Origin: Pristiophorus japonicus | Taxonomy: Eukaryota | DNA length: 64,000 nucleotides | NCBI RefSeq assembly: GCF_044704955.1 | Contig: NC_091999.1 | Location: forward strand, 11,594,001-11,658,000 | Reading direction: 5' to 3' | Part shown: positions 62,872 through 64,000 of the stretch, piece after piece | Numbering within the stretch: the first letter of the stretch is position 1 | Layout: each line of letters begins with the position of its first letter | Program-made: the position numbers and the translations under genes | The notes under the pieces: model-generated | What the model was told of the DNA's origin: nothing | Database searches by the model: none | Seen by the model: only the letters and a program-made list of their open reading frames with translations

Positions 62872-62960
62872 TGGGGTTCTGGCAGGATTTCCTTCCACTG
62901 CAATGTATAAGGCAGCTAGTGAAATGTGGGCCAATCGCGGTGCAACTTTCGACAAAATTT
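62872..62960 (-). pseudogene. 5' fragment of V family L at a deletion junction
   Basis: Homologous to 16533-16620; the rest of the exon is missing. Confidence 0.65.
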
Positions 62961-63706
62961 AAGAATTACATGGAATGTACAGCACAGAAACAGCTGATAG
63001 AATCAGAGAACAATTAGGAAAAAGAGAAGAGAAATTTTTAAAGGAAGTGAAAAATGAAAAGAGCTCTAAACTTAGGTAGAGGAAAACAAAGTGAAAGTAT
63101 GAAAGAAAGAATGAGAAAGACAAAGAGAAAAGCTGTGCAATGATGAGAGTGCAGAGGACAGCAAATGACAAAAAGGGGAAAGAGAAATGAAAGGTGATAA
63201 GTAACGAGAGAAGGATAGCGGTAATAAGTAAGAGGAAGCCATAAATATGCTCAGAAATAAAGTAAAATATCCTTTCCTTTATATTAACTCACATTTCCCT
63301 TCCGCATATTTAGACAGTTGAATTGTCTGAAACAATAGTTTTCAAATCACTGAGCAGTGGAAAGCACCCTATCGATGAACTCACACATTTCTCTGCCCAT
63401 TATCCTGACTGTGTGGCTACTCAGAGTCACCGTCAGAGGGCGCCGTGGTCACATATTTCTCGCCGTTATCAACTGGAAATTACATTGACAAATCTTGCAG
63501 TAACACTGCCCACGGCACCCCCGCCCACAGCTTCCATCTGCCGCTCTCGCTCTGACGGCCCTTGCCAGCCCTGTGTTATTGGAGAGATTGCTGCCGCTGC
63601 TCCCTGTTTGAATTGTTTGGATCAGCAGTGCAGTGCCGCGGGGATCTGTAACTCTGCTCCCACACAGGATTTCCAGGACTGCAGAGTTACAGACTCAGGC
63701 AGCGTC

Positions 63707-64000
63707 ATGTGGAACCGTCTCACACTGCTCCTCACCGATGTATGACTTCTCAGTAAGTATTTCCTTCGCATTAAAAATGATTTCTCCCCCGCCTGCTGTA
63801 GCTCAGGTGTTATTATTGGTAAAATGATATGGATGGTTATGATTATGTTGACTGAGATGACGGTGATGATGATCATGATGACATTCTATTATTTTCTGCT
63901 AGAATGGAGCCAACAAGACAAAGTGGAACAGCCGGTCCGTGATATGATGGTTGTGGAGGAAAGTAATGTCACACTAACCTGCACCTTGAAAACCAGCGAA
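63707..64000 (+). pseudogene. V segment family J copy 3 (stop in leader; runs off the window)
   Basis: MWNRLTLLLTDV* (TCA>TGA) with GTAAGT donor; exon from 63903 WSQQDKVEQPVRDMMVVEESNVTLTCTLKTS. Confidence 0.88.

Overview
Eukaryotic genomic DNA, most likely from a cartilaginous fish (inferred from the shark-type CR1/HER1-like LINEs, Deu-domain SINE-like repeats and V sequences). The window is part of a germline, unrearranged antigen-receptor V-segment array, best read as T-cell receptor alpha/delta type: leader exon, phase-1 intron, V exon and a 3' RSS with a ~23-bp spacer. I found no D, J or C segments. It is built from a ~20-kb cassette of about 12 V families in mixed orientation (my labels, in order: A+, B+, C-, D+, E+, F+, H+, G+, I-, L-, J+, K-). 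The cassette is repeated four times: unit 1 ~1-20150; unit 2 ~20150-25600, cut off by an L2 fragment and a 6.4-kb G-rich satellite; unit 3 ~33380-57470, with a full-length CR1 insertion; unit 4 ~57470-end, with an ~11-kb internal deletion. Six V segments look intact (B1, A2, B2, C2, I2, B4), two have open frames but are defective (J2, C4), and about 20 are pseudogenes or relics. Most notable observations: CTCF-like motifs fixed 24 bp behind a family of 24-bp-spacer RSSs; a G-skewed, CAGGTG/AGC-rich satellite reminiscent of Ig switch regions; a leader intron collapsed to 25 nt and read through in frame in one copy; a perfect 179-bp inverted duplication of a leader exon; a shared microhomology deletion of an RSS spacer; and a 35-bp ATTGG/AACAAAG promoter array. 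All calls were made by eye, with no database searches.
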